Source: Antedon mediterranea
Lineage: Eukaryota > Animalia > Echinodermata
Direction of reading: 5' to 3'
Assembly (NCBI RefSeq): GCF_964355755.1
Contig: NC_092679.1
Coordinates: 6,602,201 to 6,666,200 of the forward strand
Length of the DNA: 64,000 nt
A program made the translations under genes and the position numbers. Under the pieces are notes generated by a model that was not told the origin of the DNA, searched no databases, and saw only the letters and a list, made by a program, of their open reading frames with translations. Position 1 is the first letter of the stretch; every line of letters starts with the position of its first letter. Positions 38,501 through 50,800 of this stretch are shown in pieces.

Positions 38501-41500
38501 ATTCAACTAATGACGCTCGACTAGACAAACTGTGGCCCCAACCACAACGTCTGATGGAGATTGAAGGCAACCCTGTACATTTACCAGAGAACATCAAAGT
38601 GCAAATAATACCTTCTGCAAAGTATGGTAAGAGTATACTTATCATCATCAGCCTATTCTCACTAATGTATCATTTGTTCAGTGTCATAAGTAAGTTATTG
38701 TTGAAATTAAATAAAAATAAAATAAGCAAATTTACAGTGTTATATATGTATCACATGTGATGCCTGTATCATACTCTATCTACCTATCTTTAACATAATA
38801 CAGGTACCACATGTGATAAATTTTCTATGATTCTGGATATATACAGTAATGCTATATATGGAGATACAGAAGACCAGTTTTGGACAGTCAGTGTATCGCT
38901 TGTTAACTTTATAAGTAATTTTCCCTTCTCCTTAGGTCTGCCAGCATTGGCTGACATATGGAATACCATAAGTATATCTTTTGAGGAGTTAGGCTATCAC
39001 CTTATTTTAGAAACAACCAACCACTTTACAAGTACAAAACCTGACATCGTTTGTAGTCTCAATCGTATGCTCTTTGGAAAAGATGAGAGTTATCGACTTA
39101 CAATCAATCATAATCAGGTATGTCTGTTTGTCTGTAAATCGCCTGAGACTGATGGCACACAAACTGCAGTATGTATGAAAATTACAGCATTTATGAACTT
39201 TTACATTTGACGTAATATATCTGCATATGAGATTAAAATACCATACTTTATTTTACTTTTTGTAGATTCAAATGACAGCCAGTGATTCTACAGGCCTGTG
39301 GAACTGTTTATGTACGTTGCTTCAGATTATTCGTTTATGTAAAGAGGGCGGCATTCCTTCTCTACAGGTAACCTTTTTTTCCGATTGTAATGAAGTTATT
39401 TACACTAGAAAATAAGCTTGAAGTTAAGGTTAAAGATATATTATTCCCCTAAATTTATTTCTTTTAATATGCCATTATAATGGCACATAATAGTTATTCA
39501 CTTTGACCCAAAACTGAATAAAAAAAAAAATAATTTTCCTTAAAAAAAATGTAATTTAAAAAAAAACAAACCTAAATTTCCTGTCAGGCAATGGTTTTTG
39601 GTTAAAATTAACTGGTTTTTTTCTACAGAAGTGAATAACTGTATTAAAACTGCAAAATGGCCTATTCAAAATCTGATTTATTAATCTTTATTTTTCATGA
39701 TTTTAGGGAACAATTCATCTTTATCGATTTAAATTTCTTTTAGATTTCTGATTGGCCAGATGTCATGTACAGAGGTGTAATGTTTGACATTTCTTGTGGA
39801 AGAGTTCCTAAACTGGTACAGTAATTCTTTTCATTTATACATTAAATTACCATTAATATGAAAAACTATTTTGCTTATTAAATGAGTTATTATTTTTTTA
39901 TTATTTTGATTTAAAGTTAAAGTCAACACAAACATTTAATTTACTTGTATTTACAAATATTTAATTTCAATATTTTTCTTTTTACAGGACTTTCTACTGT
40001 CATTAGTTGACACTTTGTCTTTGCTTAAATTTAATCAAGTGAGTTGAAACACCAATAGGCTTTCTTAAGGCCAATTTACACAGACGAACGGTAACGGTAA
40101 TAAAAATATTAATAGAACAGGATAGATTTTACATTGGACCAGCTGCATGGTTTTCCGCTTACTGTTACTGCTCGTCTGTGTAAATTGGCCTTTATGGATG
40201 ACCTTATTATTCAGTTATAACAATAACTGTGACCCGCACTAGAAGCAAATGCCAACAACAGCAATGTATAGTGTGTCATTAAAACCCTATTGAACATTTA
40301 TTGATCTTGAACTTTATTATTGCAATTCATTATATAAATAAATTGAAGTTGAACATAAAATATCGCATATAAACAAAAGAAACAAAAAATAGAAAGCCAC
40401 TCCGAAAGTGCATACCTCCGTCTACTGTAAAATTCTCCTACATCTCCGGGAAAAATAAAAATATGTGTGTTTGTCTTAATGATGTGTGTGATTTAGGCTA
40501 TTTTCACTACAAGCATGTGTATGCGAGTTTGGTTTAAAGGTTTTGTAACCAGACTTTCAACTAACAATAGCTTCAGTTTCAACTCTTGCTTCTTGTAAAA
40601 AAATGCAATTTCCGTTTACTTGTTACTTTAAGACTGCTCGCCGGCTTTTGAAAATTCGGTCCTATCTTTTAACACTAGCAGGTCTGAAAATAATACTAAA
40701 AAGTGGTCGAGAATTGGAACCATGGTCCGGATTGCCTCTAAAATTTAATGAAGTGGTCCTTGACCACATATCTATCGGTATTTTCATTTTGGTAAAGTTA
40801 TTGCAATAACTTTTCGAGTAATCCTGCTAACAAACAAACAAACAAACATACACAGGCGAATCAACTACTGTATACTACTACTATAAATATTTTTGATTTT
40901 TTAGTTACATTTATACATGATGATTGGTCAAGACTCCAGTATGAATATTGTGACAATGTATACACCAAGGTATGTACTCAGTATTATCACAATGCACATA
41001 TCAATATTGTCAGAATGTATACACTAAGGTACATTTAATCAATATTGTCAGAATGTATATGTCAAGGTACATTTAACTGATATTGTCAATCATATACACC
41101 AAGTTTATTTTTTTTTTTTGTTATTTATTAAATTTTTTTTATTTATTCTTTTTTTTTTCATCTTTATGTAATTTTACTTTCTATGGACCAGAGATTCCGA
41201 AATAAAAAAATGGAATATCTAATTTAAAAAGGTACATTTACATTGTCAGTTTATACGGTATGCTACTCAATTATATACTGTGGAATGTTGTGAATAAAAC
41301 ATACATTGAACAACGTTATTTTCCAGTGAATTGTTAGACATCGACATCTACTGCCAAAGTAGGCAAGTTCAGCTTATTCCTCATATAGACATGTTCAACA
41401 ACAGCGCCCTCACCCTGAAGCAATGTAAACTAATCCAAAGTATTATCTCCTGTTTTCCTTCAACAAAGTAAGTATAATTATTAATATGTATTCTATAACC

Positions 41501-44500
41501 TATTGATATTACATCATATAATAATAATAATATCCTGGATTTATATAGCGCCTTATGTTGTGAAACCTCTAAGCGCTGAACAGTATCACCCCGGTCATTT
41601 TTTTAGATCAAACACGTATGGAAACTTACTCCCATAATGCACCTAGTAATCAGCGTAAAGTTGTGTCTTGATCTAACCGGGTTCCCATTTATACACCTGG
41701 GTGGAGAGAGGCAAACATAAGTAAAATATCTTGCCTACAGATACAAGCAATGTGTCGAGATTTGGATTTGAACCTCGATCTCTTGATCAGTAGTTCAACG
41801 TCCAACACAATAAGCCACACGCCCTCACCAATATAAGATAGATATAATTATTCTTTTTCTTGATTATGCATATCTTTAAAGCACTTTCTATCCGAGATTT
41901 GACGCTCTATCTATTGCATATTATATTCCTGATACCTTGCTCATCAATTTTTTTATACAGTATTTTTTTAATGTTACCATAATATTTTTTTCTGCACTAG
42001 GTTCATTAACTTTGGTCCACAGATTACAAACCTGTTATTTCCTACAAGCAATAAAGAGGAGGACAGTGACAACCTTAAAACTGTAAGCCTGTGTGACAAG
42101 CTTAAGCTGATAGGTGTTAGTGATCATCATATTGTACAATACTGTGCTAACATACTGCACTCTTCACCGCAAGACATTCAAGCCTTCCCTAGTGGAAGTA
42201 TTGCAATGGAGTATGGCTACGAGGTATGCTAAAAACAAGTCATTTTAAAACATCGACAGCCTTTAAAGATCAGTTCCTTCATTGGAACTGGATTGGCCAC
42301 CCTCATTAAAGATGGAAATAAATAAATTTAACATCAAATATTTCAAAGCAGATTCTGTAGTAGTAAGCTGGTATTCTAAGGGACCATGTCAAAATTGTTC
42401 TAATGCAGTTACTGTTGCAACTACATTTTCTTTGCTCTTTAACCTGTTTGCCATCGATTAACAAGCTTTCTTTGAGGGTTATTAGGCTGTGTATTTCAGA
42501 GACTGCCTCATAATCGTCTAAAACTAAAATCATATGAATATTTCTTACCGTAACAATATTTAGTTACAGCAGTAACTCCAGTAATTTTGAATTAAAAAAA
42601 CCACTTTAAAATGTATTTCAAAGAATTCTGTGGTAGTAAGCTAGGCACTTGAGTGATAGTGTCTATTTTCACTACAAATACAGATAAATTAAAATATGGA
42701 AGAAGAGGGAAGAATGAAAAGATAATCATTCTTCTGCGATAATCCACAAACAATTTATAATGCGCCATATATCCAATGTTATTCTTTGTTTTTTAAATGA
42801 TTTTAGGCTGATTATGATTTTAGTGAATTTGGAAAAGTGGTGGCAGAATCTGGGTATGTACATTTTTTTAATTTTTAGGTCAGAAAAGGTGGTAGAAGGT
42901 CACAGAGGGTCTGTTAATTACCTGGTTTAGTTGGTGGATTACCCATCTAAGTTAGTGATATTTGGTTCATGAAACCAACTTAACTGGGTAACTAAGCGTA
43001 AACACTAGGCCTACAGTGTTAAACTAATGCAATGGTAGCTTATACCCCATAGACTTATATGAAATACTTTTTTTTATCTTTACAGGAACTGTTTTTATAC
43101 ATGCCCTGGCACACAAGCTTGGAATAGGTAAGTAAACGTGAATAACAAATTTGACTAGGTGTGCCTAAAGCTCTGTCTACACTATCAAACATGTTTGACA
43201 AAAAAAGTGTGATGTGCCCAAATATGGTAGTGATATGACAACATCATGTCCATATGGGCATTTTGTGTCTTTATTGGGACATATTGCCTCCCCACCGTAC
43301 GCAACACAGTTTTAACAGTTTCCTGGTCAAGATGACAACTGAAGACACATTGATTGACCTGACCTATATTGTTCATTTGTCATCTTTGAATCAAAAGCTC
43401 TCTATTATCAAATCAGTGTTAATGTTGTACACATTTATAATATTTATTTTTGCTTCCCAGTATTGGAGGCTGTCCTGAGGTAGCTGTACGAAACATATAC
43501 AATGCTACCCATTGTTCACGGATATACGACTGTGCAGTTGGTTTATTGGTCACCGATTGGGCAGGAGTCGCCCACCTGAATCATGAGTTGATTAGCTTAC
43601 CTGCTTATGTGACTGCGGCTGGTTTAGCATGGAATACCTATACTAGTCTAGTGAGTAAATGTTTGATACTGTGATATTGTAGGGTTTGGTCTTCAACATG
43701 TAGTACAATGGTATTGGTAACAAGCATTTTAACTACTATGCTGCGAACCCACTATGGTAGATCCCCTATTAAAGGGACACCTTCAGGAACAAATAAATGT
43801 CTTCTTAAAGGCTAATTTAAATGGATGAGCCGTAACGGTAAACAGAAAGCCATGTAGCTTGTCCCACATAGAATCTGTATCTATCCTAAGCGGGAACCGT
43901 CCATCCGCTCCCTGTTGTGTATAAATGGTCATAAGGAATAACATAGATTCTATGTTTTTCTAAATTTTTCTTAATAGGGATATCCTAAATAGTGGTTGGC
44001 CGTGGTGTTAAAACATTGCCCTTTGTTCCTTTCATAAGAGAGTGTCCCCTTAATAGAGGTGTCCCTAAGGAGATGTCCTACTGTAAAACGCACTAAAACA
44101 CTGAAGATAAATGTTATAAAGGCACAATGCAAATAAAGAATCATTCAAATATTTAAATTGTCAGATGTTCTGTTAAATGTTAGTTATTCTTGTTTTTAGG
44201 AATCCGTTCATCAGAACCTACCAGAATTAATCAATCTCCACATCTGCCATCATGAGCGGTCAGTACTTGGTCAGGTGGTAGTTGAGATTGGTCGGGCAGA
44301 AACCTACTTGATGCGAGCCTCAAGGAACCAGTCGATGGACAGTTACAAGAATCTGCCATCTCCAGAAGGATCATTCTTTTATCAGGTCATCAATAATCCA
44401 GATGGTCTAGAGTTAAGCCATTTGACTCCTGACATTATGCAGGTATGTGAATGCCATGAGGTCATCTGTGAAGTCCGTTTAGTCAAGCCTGTCTTTCATT

Positions 44501-46216
44501 TATTTATTCATTTAGTATCCATTCAACAATACATACTCCTCTGACCATATTTAGTTTTTGTAATATTTCATTAATAAATGATAAATTATTTCTTATTTGC
44601 CTATCCTTCACAAATTATACCATAATTAAATTTTGAGAAACAGAAAAAAAAAATAGCCCTGATGTGGCTCTACAATGTTGTCATTATAAGATTATTTCTT
44701 TGAGTCTATTTGATTATAATCATTACAATATATTTCTATTTTTGTTTGTTCTTTTTTAAAGAAATCCCAGAAACACCTGCGCAAGTGTCAAAATGCTTTG
44801 CATAAAGTAGCATCTACTGACCCTAAGCAGTCTGAGCTTGAACTGCAACTTACGGTGGAGCTCATGATGTGGGCTTGCAAGTATGTATTTTTATGTATTA
44901 ATTAATATTTATTTTTTTCATTTTATATATTTAGGCACATGTAGCCAAGGAATTCCAATAGTAAATTAATCACTGTCCTACCAGATAGCTGATAATCCCC
45001 CTGAGAAGGGCTATTTTGTGAACCAGTTCACTGGGGTTACCCACTACTCGTCTCAAATAATAAACTGAGTTCTTAATAGTGCACATGGACACTGTACACT
45101 GTACCTACGGTTTATAGTTCTTATCCGAAAAGACTAGTTCCACCACCAGAACTGGGGGCGAGTCGGCCTCAAACCCATGTAAATATTGTTGGCTCTTTAG
45201 GTACGGTAAATGACGCCCCTGCCTTAACCACTCAGGCATTAGACTCGCTACCCCTCATTTGTATAAGTGAATAATCTAGCTTTCTAGGTAAATCTATGTT
45301 TTTACAGCATAGTGTTAACAGTTATAATTATCCTTGCTTATTTTACTGGAATTAACTGTCCCCCTGAATAAGATGTTTTACTGTCATTAACATAATTCTT
45401 TATTTGATAGAATTTCTAGATCACTATTAGTAGCTGGTACAAAACCAAATGAAAAACAAGAGGGGCTGAGCATCATCAATGTAGGCATAGCAAACCTGTC
45501 TGCAACTGCTAAAACTGATTCTGCAAATAAGTAAGGCATTTTTTATTAATATTTTTAATCTAAAAACATAATTCTATGAGCTGTTTTTACAAATGGAAAA
45601 AATATATATATTTATATAGGCTGAGCCAGTTATGTGGGACATGGTACACTGATAGTACATAATAGGTATATATATACACAACAGTAATTGTAAATCGCCC
45701 GGTGATATACTGAAAATGTATTAATTGATTCGAAAATATATATTATTCTCTTTTGCCTTTCATTGGTCCATTTTAATCTTTGAATGTTTTTACTAGGTAA
45801 TGTATTCAATATTTTTTAATTTCCAATCATCAATATATTGTACAATATATGTTTGATCCATTTTTAAAATCAGTACTGTGATACTGAAAGTATTATCAAA
45901 TGGACTTAAAATTATGCCTCAAAATATATATATTGTGCCAGTTCTGCGGTACATTTCATTTCGAAACCTGAGCTGCACTGACGAGATCTAATAAGATCAA
46001 AACAGTACTGTCTGCAGATATATATATATATATATATAATAAGTTAATTAAAATTTATTACGTATTTGTTGCAGAATATTGCTGCTGATTGAACGCTATA
46101 AACAGCTCTGGTTGGAAGTTAACCACCCATCCGGACTGACCGAGTCGCTCTCTGTCTTTCAAGATATTCTTTTAAAATTAGTAGGACCAACCAAAGATTC
46201 AAAACCCATGCTTTGA
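32548..46216 (+). CDS. Uncharacterised ankyrin-repeat + glycoside hydrolase family 20 (hexosaminidase-like) domain protein, probably catalytically inactive; 22 exons
   Basis: Exons 32548-32635, 32940-33031, 33270-33424, 33867-33997 (GC donor), 35118-35253, 37076-37176, 37802-37953, 38461-38626, 38936-39117, 39266-39367, 39744-39815, 39988-40038, 40905-40969, 41327-41467, 42001-42223, 42807-42853, 43086-43127, 43461-43650, 44200-44442, 44762-44880, 45411-45530, 46075-46216. Ankyrin motifs GTVLHQAC, GNTLLHWA, GTVPLHDAV. GH20 motifs LWPQPQ, ESYRLTI, ISDWPDVMYRGVMFDISCGRVP, KFNQLHLY, LIPHID, CPGTQAWNS, GLLVTDW. Confidence 0.85.
34719..35030. mobile_element. TTAA-flanked ~300-bp MITE (Kolobok- or piggyBac-like; family C)
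   Basis: Ends TAAAGATGTACTGTC...GACAATACACCTTTAA. Homologous copies at ~9286-9555 and ~39430-39724 share internal TGCCATTTT..GTCACA..TTGACC and CAGACAATGG blocks. Confidence 0.7.
35419..35582. mobile_element. Tc1/mariner(pogo)-type MITE
   Basis: TA-C(T/A)GTCAACTCTC...GAGAGTTGACTG-TA. Confidence 0.55.
36895..37050. mobile_element. MITE family A copy upstream of ankyrin-GH20 exon 6
   Basis: CACTATCAAACTAGTTTGAC...AGTTTGATAGTGTAGACAAAGCT. Confidence 0.8.
37217..37415. mobile_element. MITE family A copy downstream of ankyrin-GH20 exon 6, inverted relative to the 36895 copy
   Basis: CTACACTATCAAACTTTATGTGAC...AGTTTGATAGTGTAGACAAAG. Confidence 0.8.
40068..40191. mobile_element. PIF/Harbinger-type MITE (family B)
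   Basis: TIRs AGGCCAATTTACACAGACGA...TCGTCTGTGTAAATTGGCCT with TTA/TTA target duplication. Degenerate relative at ~43808-43935. Confidence 0.75.
40389..40856 (+). mobile_element. Second copy of the Helentron/DINE-like element
   Basis: TAGAAAGCCACTCCGAAAGTGCATACCTCCG...GTAATCCTGCTAACAAACAAAC is collinear with 5254-5870. Confidence 0.65.
40944..41103 (+). repeat. ~38-bp degenerate tandem repeat copying the exon 13 end and donor of the ankyrin-GH20 gene
   Basis: AATATTGTGACAATGTATACACCAAG|GTA is echoed at about 41003, 41041 and 41079. Confidence 0.7.
41520..41830 (-). mobile_element. tRNA-derived SINE copy in an ankyrin-GH20 intron
   Basis: Reverse complement of the 46511 family: (ATA)n tail, TTTATATAGCGCC, CCCATTTATACACCTGGGTGGAGAG, GGATTTGAACC B box. 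Confidence 0.7.
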
Positions 46217-46510
46217 AATTACTCCTTCTGGGGTAACTATGACAGACAATATAATGCAGAGTATTACAATACATTATAACCTCTATTAAGTGGACTCAAC
46301 TTCAGGACCGAATATAGTAGTTGTTTCCCAAAGTACGTGTTCTACTGTATTACATATCATAGCACGATAATTTTATTTAAAACAATTGAAATGTACCATA
46401 GGCCTGATGTAGTATACAACTAACGAATGTTTTTGAGTGGAATGGATAGAATATTTTCATGTGTTAAAAAGTGGACTGAGCTTAGTTTAATATACTAGTC
46501 TATTTTTATG

Positions 46511-47150
46511 AGGATGTGTGGCACAGTGTGTTGGACATTGGACTATTGATCAGGAGATTGTGAGTTCAAATCCAACTCTCGTCGCATTGCTTGTATCCTT
46601 ATTCAAGACACTTTACTTATGTTTGCCTATCTCCACCAAGGTGTATAAATGGGTACCTGGTATAGGCCAAAACACAACTTCGCTGATTACTGGCTGCAAC
46701 ATTATGGATTGATTGAAATATATATTTATACTGGGTAACCTCTTCAGTCAAAGACTGGTCTCCCAGAGGGCCCAGTTGGTGATCAGTGGCTGTGATGTAC
46801 TAATACACCGGGGTAACCCCCTACTCGTCTCGAAAGATGTACTAGGTTCTTTAAAGTGCACACGAGCTAGATGTGTACACTGGACCTACGGTTTATGGTC
46901 CTTATCCGAGAAGACTCGTTCTACTACCAGAACCATGGAGTGAGTGAGCCTCGAACCCATGCCGATGTTATGGCTACGTGATTACGGTTCCACTGTCTTA
47001 ACCGCTCGGCCACTCACTCACTCTGGTAGTATGTTTCGAGACTTGTTTGATCCAAAAAATGACTAGGGTAGTAATGTGAAGCGCTCATAGAAGCTTTGTG
47101 TATTAAGTGTCATATATAAGGTCAACGTATTATTATTATTATTATTATTA
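46511..47150 (+). mobile_element. tRNA-derived SINE (Deu/Nin-like core, L2-like tail) interrupted by a second SINE
   Basis: A box TGGCACAGTGTG, B box GAGTTCAAATCC, core CTCCACCAAGGTGTATAAATGGGTACC, tail AATGTGAAGCGC...(TAT)n. Other copies at ~27605-27845 (+) and ~41520-41830 (-). Confidence 0.7.
46720..47022 (-). mobile_element. tRNA-derived SINE (Meta-like core) inserted in antisense
   Basis: Minus-strand head GAGTGGCCGAGCGGTTAAG...GGGTTCGAGGC. Core (plus strand) GGTTCTTTAAAGTGCAC...CCTACGGTTTATGGTCCTTATCCGAGAAGAC. Second copy at ~45020-45250. Confidence 0.65.
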
Positions 47151-47859
47151 TTTTTTTTTTCCAACAAAGAAAATTATTATCATTATTTGTTTTATAACAC
47201 ACCTCATGAAAGAAAAATTTTAGTCAATAATTTGCTCATTTAAAAAATGTGATGCTGAGAATCTTGTAATCAACAGCCCACATTACAGATTGGCTTTCAA
47301 ATGTGCAACCTTCACCAGTTTCTCGTTGCACAAAATTGTAAAATCATTTACCAAAAACCTAATTATGATTGATCCAGATAACGCACAGCCTGTCATACGT
47401 ATTCAACCAATGAAATGAAATCTGTTGATCTTTAGGGTAATTTATTTGTGTGAATCAAAAGCGTTGGCATATGTGCTAGTATATTAATATTTTCACCTAC
47501 TTTTTGTGCAACCAATCAAAATATTTTATCCCTTAAATATATTTGTTAATCTAAGAAGGATTTAAAGCATGTTTTATGTCTACATTTGGAGACAAATTTT
47601 TTGTTAGTGCCTTGTTAAGCAAGTGGCCAATATTACATTAATTGTATATATATATTCAAAACACTTATTTTCAGATGATCTATTTATAATATTTATTTAA
47701 ATATCAGGTATAGGGTATTTGAATTTGTTAATATGATATTAACTTACATTTCAGTTGATTTTATCATTAAAAAAATCTTAATGAGCACTGTATTATTATT
47801 ATTATTATTTTGTAGTTATTATTTCAACCCTTTTATTTTTCAACGATGATGTGACATGC

Positions 47860-50800
47860 ACAGAATCACATGATCTGTTCTGCACATTTCCCTGTACTAT
47901 AGTACTGGCAGACTTTTTTTTTGAAAAATGGCCAAATTTCGATCTATAAGTTAATTTTTCCAAAAAATTGGTTACTATAGCATATATGACATGCACAGAA
48001 CCCAATTCGACTCTGTGCATGTTTATTATGCTATAGTAACCATTTATGTCAACAAATAAAAGGGTCGAAAATTTGCCATTTTTGAAAATTTCCCTGTACA
48101 GTGATTTTACCATACATCTATAATATGCTTATAACGCAATATATGCACATTTTTTTTTTTTTTTTTTTTTTTTTAACCATATTTAATGAGGGTGATCCAT
48201 CCAGCTATTGCTGATCATTAGGGACCCTCAGAGGTTCACAAGACAAACCTATACACACGATGCTCTACATAAACAAAGTCTTATTACAAGTCTTTGGGAG
48301 TGGAGTAATTTGGTCCTTAGAAAAAATCCTGACATTGCATAATAACAGTATTTTAAAAAGTGCGTATTTTGGCCATTTTTCGAAAAAATTGCCATATTTC
48401 GACCTTTTTATTTTTTGACATAAATGGTTACTATATGTCTATAAGATGCTTATAACGCAATATATGCACATATATAGCAACGAGTTTAATCGAAAAATAA
48501 AAAGGTTGAAAATTTGTTATTTTTTGAAAAAAGTCCATGTACTATATTAGTTCAGGGAAATTGTCGAAAAAAAATTTCTATAAGATGCTTATAACGCAAT
48601 ATATGCACATATATAGTAACCAGTTTAATCGAAAAATAAAAAGGTCGAAAATTTGTTATTTTTTGAAAAAAATCCATGTTCAGGGATATTTTTGAAAAAA
48701 ATTGCCAATTTCCGACCTTTTTATTTTTTGACATAAATGGTTACTATAGCATAATAAACTTGCGCAGAGTCGAATAATGGGTTTTGCGCATGCCAATTGT
48801 GCTATAGCAACCAGTTTCATCAAAAAATAAAAAGGCCGAAAATTTGTCATTTTTTGAAAAAAATTGCCAATTTTCGACCTTTTTATTTTTTGACATAAAT
48901 GGTTACTATAGCATAATAAACATGCGCAGAGTCGAATAATGGGTTTTGCGCATGCCAATTGTGCTATAGCCACCAGTTTCATCAAAAAATATAAAGGCCG
49001 AAAATTTGTCATTTTTTGAAAAAAATTGCCAATTTTCGACCTTTTTATTTTTTGACATAAATGGTTACTATAGCATAATAAACATACGCAGAGTCGAATA
49101 AAGGGTTCTGCGCATGTCAATTGTGCTATAGTACACTTTTGACATAAATGGTTACGGTACTATTATAGCATAATAAACATGCGCAGAGTCGAATAATGGG
49201 TTCTGCGCATGCCAATTGTGCTATAGTAACCACTTTTGACATAAATTGTTACTATAGCATAATAAACATGTGCAGAGTCGAATAATGTGTTCTGCGCATG
49301 TCAATTGTACTATAGTAACCACTTTTGACAAAAATGGTTACTATAGCATAATAAACATGTGCAGAGTCGAATAATGGGTTCTGCGCATGCCAATTGTGCT
49401 ATAGTAACCAGTTTCATCGAAAAATAAAAAGGCCGAAACAAAATCCCGGTATAGTACAGGGAAATTTTCGAAAAATGATAAATTTTCGACCCTTTTATTT
49501 TTTGACATAAATGGTTACTATAGCATAATAAACATGCGTAGAGTCGAATAATGCGTTCTGCGCATGTCAATTGTACTATAGTAACCACTTTTGACATAAA
49601 TGGTTACTATAGCATAATAAACATGCGCAGAGTCAAATAAAAGGTTCTGCGCATGTCAATTGTGCTATAGTAACCACTTTTGACATAAATGGTTACTATA
49701 GCATAATAAACATGTGCAGAGTCGAATAATGCGTTCTGGCCATGTCAATTGTGCTATAGTAACCAGTTTTGACATAAATGGTTACTATAGCATAATAAAC
49801 ATGCGCAGAGTCGAATAATGGGTGCTGCGCATGCCAATTGTGCTATAGTAACCAGTTTCATCGAAAAATAAAAAGGCCGTAAATTTGTAATTTTTTGAAA
49901 AAATCCCTGTATAGTACAGGGAAATAAAAAGGCCAAAAATTGGTGATTTTTTGAAAAAAATCCCTGTACTATAATTTTCGAATAATGGCAAATTTTCGAC
50001 CTTTTTATTTTTTGACATAAATGGTTACTATAGCATAATAAACATGCGCAGAGTCGAATAATGGGTTTTGCGCATGCCAATTGTGCTATAGCCACCAGTT
50101 TCATCAAAAAATATAAAGGCCGAAAATTTGTCATTTTTTGAAAAAAATTGCCAATTTTCGACCTTTTTATTTTTTGACATAAATGGTTACTATAGCATAA
50201 TAAACATGCGCAGAGTCGAATAAGGGGTTCTGCGCATGTCAATTGTGCTATAGTACACTTTTGACATAAATGGTTACGGTACTATAGCATAATAAACATG
50301 CGCAGAGTCGAATAATGGGTTCTGCGCATGCCAATTGTGCTATAGTAACCACTTTTGACATAAATTGTTACTATAGCATAATAAACATGTGCAGAGTCGA
50401 ATAATGTGTTCTGCGCATGTCAATTGTACTATAGTAACCACTTTTGACAAAAATGGTTACTATAGCATAATAAACATGTGCAGAGTCGAATAATGGGTTC
50501 TGCGCATGCCAATTGTGCTATAGTAACCAGTTTCATCGAAAAATAAAAAGGCCGAAACAAAATCCCGGTATAGTACAGGGAAATTTTCGAAAAATGATAA
50601 ATTTTCGACCCTTTTATTTTTTGACATAAATGGTTACTATAGCATAATAAACATGCGTAGAGTCGAATAATGCGTTCTGCGCATGTCAATTGTACTATAG
50701 TAACCACTTTTGACATAAATGGTTACTATAGCATAATAAACATGCGCAGAGTCAAATAAAAGGTTCTGCGCATGTCAATTGTGCTATAGTAACCACTTTT

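Noticed and set aside
32548-46216. Recent horizontal transfer or contamination as the source of the bacterial-like GH20 domain
   Set aside because: The gene has 21 spliceosomal introns and host-like composition. Any transfer would be ancient and needs a phylogeny to show.
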